This document shows, piece after piece, positions 56,469-64,000 of a stretch of DNA of 64,000 nucleotides (positions are counted from its first letter, which is position 1; every line of letters begins with the position of its first letter). A program made the translations under genes and the position numbers. The notes under the pieces were generated by a model. The model was not told the DNA's origin and made no database searches. It saw only the letters and a program-made list of their open reading frames with translations. The DNA is from the human T2T-CHM13v2.0 reference genome, Homo sapiens, in the NCBI RefSeq assembly GCF_009914755.1, contig NC_060934.1; one strand, written 5' to 3'.

Positions 56469-56729
56469 TCAAAAACAGCCTTGAAATTCTTAAAATGCAT
56501 TCCAACTATTGTAAAAAAAATTTTATAACAAGACAAAAGCAACCAAAGCAAAGGAGCTCTTCTCTTCTCAGGGTATGCTTAAGTTATTGCAAAATATAAA
56601 AATTATTTTAAAATTTTTTTAAACCCTAAAACAATGGAGATCTCTACCACTTTAAGAACGTATAACAAAACTACATTTTTTCAATCAATAACTTTTTATA
56701 AAAACAGCAAATAAATATAAGTAAATTCA

Positions 56730-59150
<2,421 letters not shown>

Positions 59151-60413
59151 TCTAAGAGCTGACCTTCACATTCACTATCTTTAAAACTAAAAAGCTACTC
59201 CAGCTACAACTGACTTGAACAACTCAGAGGATTTTACAAAGTTACCTCTGGACATTTCAAACGACCCCTTAACTCTGGTGGCTCACCCTCAAGCGCCTGA
59301 GATAATGACATTGCATGAATGAGGCCATGAGGAAAACCCCACCTATCTTTCAGTCTTGTTTTTGAGAAGCACGAACACATACAATCACAGTGAGCGCACA
59401 CTCTCAGTAGCAGTGGTGCTGAGTGTAAAGAATTGAGAGACATGTGATAAGCTTTAGTTGCAGTAATGTTCATCACAACAATCAACAATCAACTGGTCTC
59501 CTAGAGCTCCTGAGAAAGGACACTAGAGAAGCCTCAATATAACTTCTTAGGTCATCTGGATCCAGAGCAGTGGCTTTCGAATGTTACTGACAGTGGACAC
59601 AGTAAGAAACACATTTTGCACTGACGTCCAATATAAACACCTACCCCGCCACACTGTGAAACACAAGTGTCACAGAATATTTAAACTTATTACATACCAT
59701 TTCTTTTCCTATTCTATTCCATTTTATTTAAAATGCTGTTCATGACTCACTAAAGTTGATTTTACAACCCACAATCTGGAAAACACAGTGACCCAAAAAA
59801 AAGCAGGGGTAAAACCTCTCACCATTCTATTTCCCAACGTCACCATCACCACTACCACTAAATTCACCTGCTACCTTGTTTTTACTAGGGCTGTCCCTCC
59901 CACTTGAAATACCTTTCTCATTCTTCCCCCATTTAAATCCAATTAATTTTTCCAAACCTACTTAAAATCTCAACTCAATCACAGCCCTCTCCTAGACACA
60001 CTGTCTTCCAATGTTCTCTTACTCTTACAGCAATAATCATTCAATAGATTCATCTGTCAATTAATACTTTGTGATAACTATTTTGTCCAGGATTGTTCAA
60101 ATTTTACACTTGAACTCCCTTTTCATAATCTTACTGAGGGCAGGGATTATGCTTACACTGATTTATAACCATTACTGTATCTTAATGCTTCATACATGGC
60201 AGAAATATGAATTTTACTTCCTTGTAAGAGCCTCAGCTTATCAGTTCCCTCTAGGAGTTCACAAATGTCACCCATAGTAAGCTACAAGAGTATTTTATTT
60301 TGGCAGAGATCTAAAGTCAAATTGAGAAAGGTATTCTATAAATCACCATAGCATCTCAAATAATTGCTGAATAAAACAATCCAATGAAAGGAGGAACAAA
60401 CTCAAAGCTCTCA

Positions 60414-60530
<117 letters not shown>

Positions 60531-61032
60531 TTAAGCCAAGAACAACAGATCTCATGATAGTCAATTTTTTTTACATTGTATTCATAATGAAACAAAACTA
60601 ATCATTATTAGACCTAAAGTTTCCACAGTACTATTCTTTTACAGAGCTTAAACTGCCTTTTCTTCCCTTTTGTGTGGGAAAAAAATTGCAAGGAATTATC
60701 TAATAAAGAAATTAAGGAATGAAGATGACAAGCAGATAGTCTGTTTATCCAATAAGTTTACCCACTAAATGTATTACTTAACTATGGATAAGCTTTTTTA
60801 CTGGGTAACTTATTAGACTTATTTACTGGATAAACAACTACTGGGTAAAATATGTTGATCTAATAAATGGAGAATCTGGATCTCTAGTATCTTAATTCAG
60901 GGCTCTTACTCAATATGTATCCTCATTCTCAAAGAAAAACAAATTTCTATGTTCAGTAAATCTTTACTCAAATTCCCAAATAACTAAACTTCATTTCCAT
61001 GGATCTCAGCCTCACTGTTATTTTGGATTTAA

Positions 61033-61061
61033 AGAGAGAGAGAGAGAGAGACAGAGAGAGA
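61033..61061. repeat. (GA)n microsatellite
   Basis: Direct reading. Confidence 0.9.
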
Positions 61062-61411
61062 AGCTCATAGAAAAGTATTTGAAATATACACAGCATGAAC
61101 ACTTGGGCTTGTAACTATGCACTTTCTATTCACCTCAATGGTACTTTCGCTATTTAAATGACTGGTGGTGAGACAAAGCAGGACCCATCAGTTTCCTCAC
61201 ATGCCACTTCAGTGGTTGACAATCACCAAAGAGGACTCAATTGGTAGATTTTAAATTGATTACTCTTGCTTATTCCTTCATCTTAGAAATTCACTAAAAA
61301 TTTCAGGAGGGAAAAGTGAGCTACCAACAGCAACAACTCATTCCCTGGTCAGAACTTCCACTATCATAAATGAAAAGTAAGTTGTACAGAAGTGAGTTAA
61401 GAAAGCAGGGC

Positions 61412-61901
61412 TGATACTGCAATCCTTAGAAAGGCCTTTTGTAAACTCGTCCTTGGTTGGCACCTAGGAACTTGGATTTGTAGAAGGGTCCCACTATCCC
61501 CAGAGCTAATACAATTGACTTGCTGTGAACTGTTTATACAATGTGGCTTATGCCAAACACCTGCATTCCTTCCAGGAGTCTGGAATTTTTATGTGGTAGG
61601 CAGAGGGTGCCTACATAATCAGCCCCCAGTGAAAACCCTGGGCAATGAGTCTCCAATGAGCTTCCCTAGTAGACAACATTTCACATGTGTTGTCACAGCT
61701 TGTTGCTGTGGGAATTAGGCACATGTTTGACTCTTGGAAGCCTGCACCTGCTTTCCTCTGCATTTTGCTGGTGTGCCTTTGCCTCTCGCTGATTTTGCTT
61801 TGTACCCTTTGGCTGTAATAAATCTTAGCTGTGAACACAACTATGTGCTGAGTCCTGTCAGTCTCCTACCAAATCATCAAAAATGGGAGCCTCAAGACAC
61901 A
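61412..61901 (+). mobile_element. Solo LTR (MER21/MER68-like)
   Basis: TG...CA ends; GCAGAGGGTGCCTACATAATCAGCCCCCAGTGAAAACCCTGGGC; TGTACCCTTTGGCTGTAATAAATCTTAGC. Confidence 0.7.
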
Positions 61902-62157
61902 GGTTTCTAAATTTTTCAAATTATCTATTAAAACATCAACAAAGCTAATTTTCACTAAGTTATTACAGTAAAAACAGAATACAGTCTGAGTAGTTTTTCC
62001 AATCTCTAACAAGTTATATAAAAAATTTTAAACTTAAGATAAAAAATATTTTAAAGACAATTGCTCTATGATAAATTCAGAAGAAATGCTTAAATAGCAC
62101 TAAGGTTTACCAATATAACCTCAATAAGTAAGCTGAACAAAGATTTCCAATTGGCTA

Positions 62158-62388
<231 letters not shown>

Positions 62389-63081
62389 TCAGGGTGATAT
62401 ATTACACATGAGGAAAAGTGCCAACAAAATAGTGAAACCAAAAACCACAACTAACAAATCTTGATGTGTTGCTTGTGCTCAATTTTCCAAATACCCTTGC
62501 ATTTGTAATACTAATGCCAAACACCTGCTGGTTAGCCCATCAAACAGGGGCTAACTTTAAAGTCCACACTAAAGTATCCATTATTTTGGAGGTAATAAGG
62601 AACTATCAAAGGTTTCAAGCAAGGGCATGACAGTCAGATTTACGCTTTGGCCAGCAGTGTGAAGATGAACTGAGAAGCATAAAGATCAGAGGCAGGGAAA
62701 GCATAAGGCAATTACTGCAAAAGTTTAGCTAAGAGGTAAAGAGAGACTAGGCAAACTGAGGAACAGTAGAAATAAAAGAAGAAAGCAGTTGCAAAAGACC
62801 GTTTTTAAAAAGGCAATTTTTTAAAGTTGTTAAAACATTAACTGAGCTGGGCTTTATATCAGGTAATTTACATAAATTAGCACTGAATTCTCCTAAATTT
62901 GCATATTAGGAAACTAAGAAACAGAGAATTTTAGAAATGCCCAAAAGGTACATACTAGACCACGTCAGAACCTGTTCTTTATCTACAAAAACATGCTGCT
63001 TTCTACTTCTGTCTTCAGATCCAAGAATTTGCTCCACTGGCCTTCCCATGTGGGATATTAGATGCAACTGGATTTCAAATC

Positions 63082-63404
<323 letters not shown>

Positions 63405-64000
63405 TTAATGACTAAATCATTTGCTTGATCATTTCCCAAATGAATTATATCTAAATAGTTTCCTATTTAATCTCTGGTTAAAGAATCATCAGTCCCTTCC
63501 CTTTTTCAATCATAATCCATTCCAGTGATTTGTAATCAAGGAAAGGAGAGGAAAAAAAGACAAGGAAAATGCTTACTCTCTGAAAAATATAATCCAAATG
63601 CCCTTGACAGTAATACGCCTGCTCTCTACTCTGAAATCTTTTCACTATTTGTGCCTGTACCGGTTATGTGAAATTTATTATGACCTTACATCCCAATATA
63701 TCCTTTTTTAGCTCTGTATTATGTCTTCTCAAGTAAAATTAAAACCCCTGAAGGCAAAGGCTGTAATTTCATCTTTTCAAATTATTCTTGCCAAACACAA
63801 TATTCTGTACATACTAGACATGCCAGTTTTATTAACAAGCATGCATATAAGACGGTATATCTTTCTTCAGGGCTTCTAATTAAGTTTTTGATTACAACAG
63901 TACCTACCCACCCCATACCTGTAGGTTTTCATCTTTTATCAAGAAAATGCTTTCCCCACGTTGAAGGCTTTCAGACTGCTTTGCAAATTATAGCAAATCT

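Overview
Human (or closely related great-ape) genomic DNA, dense in Alu, L1 and LTR repeats. Gene content matches the CYP2C23P-ERLIN1 neighbourhood at 10q24.3. The right half (about 36335-62312, minus strand) holds the last seven exons of ERLIN1 (126/74/59/92/90/80/222 coding nt, all GT-AG) and a ~2 kb 3'UTR; this haplotype encodes Val at codon 291. The left half holds scattered exons 1, 2, 3, 4 and 7 of an unprocessed CYP2C pseudogene (CYP2C23P, minus strand), a TPM4 processed pseudogene downstream of CYP exon 7, and a full-length SPCS2 processed pseudogene with target-site duplication (TSD). I found no new protein-coding system; almost all ORFs in the track are Alu or antisense artefacts. 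The most unusual structures are a ~135-bp inverted duplication of the CYP2C23P promoter bracketing exon 1, an ultra-short L1 insertion with a perfect TSD inside the TPM4 retrocopy, a retained CpG island on that retrocopy, two short poly(A)-tailed LTR-like fragments, an AluYa5-like element, a tandem duplication with a micro-inversion and a perfect 17-bp palindrome. Gene and repeat-family names come from recognition without database searches.
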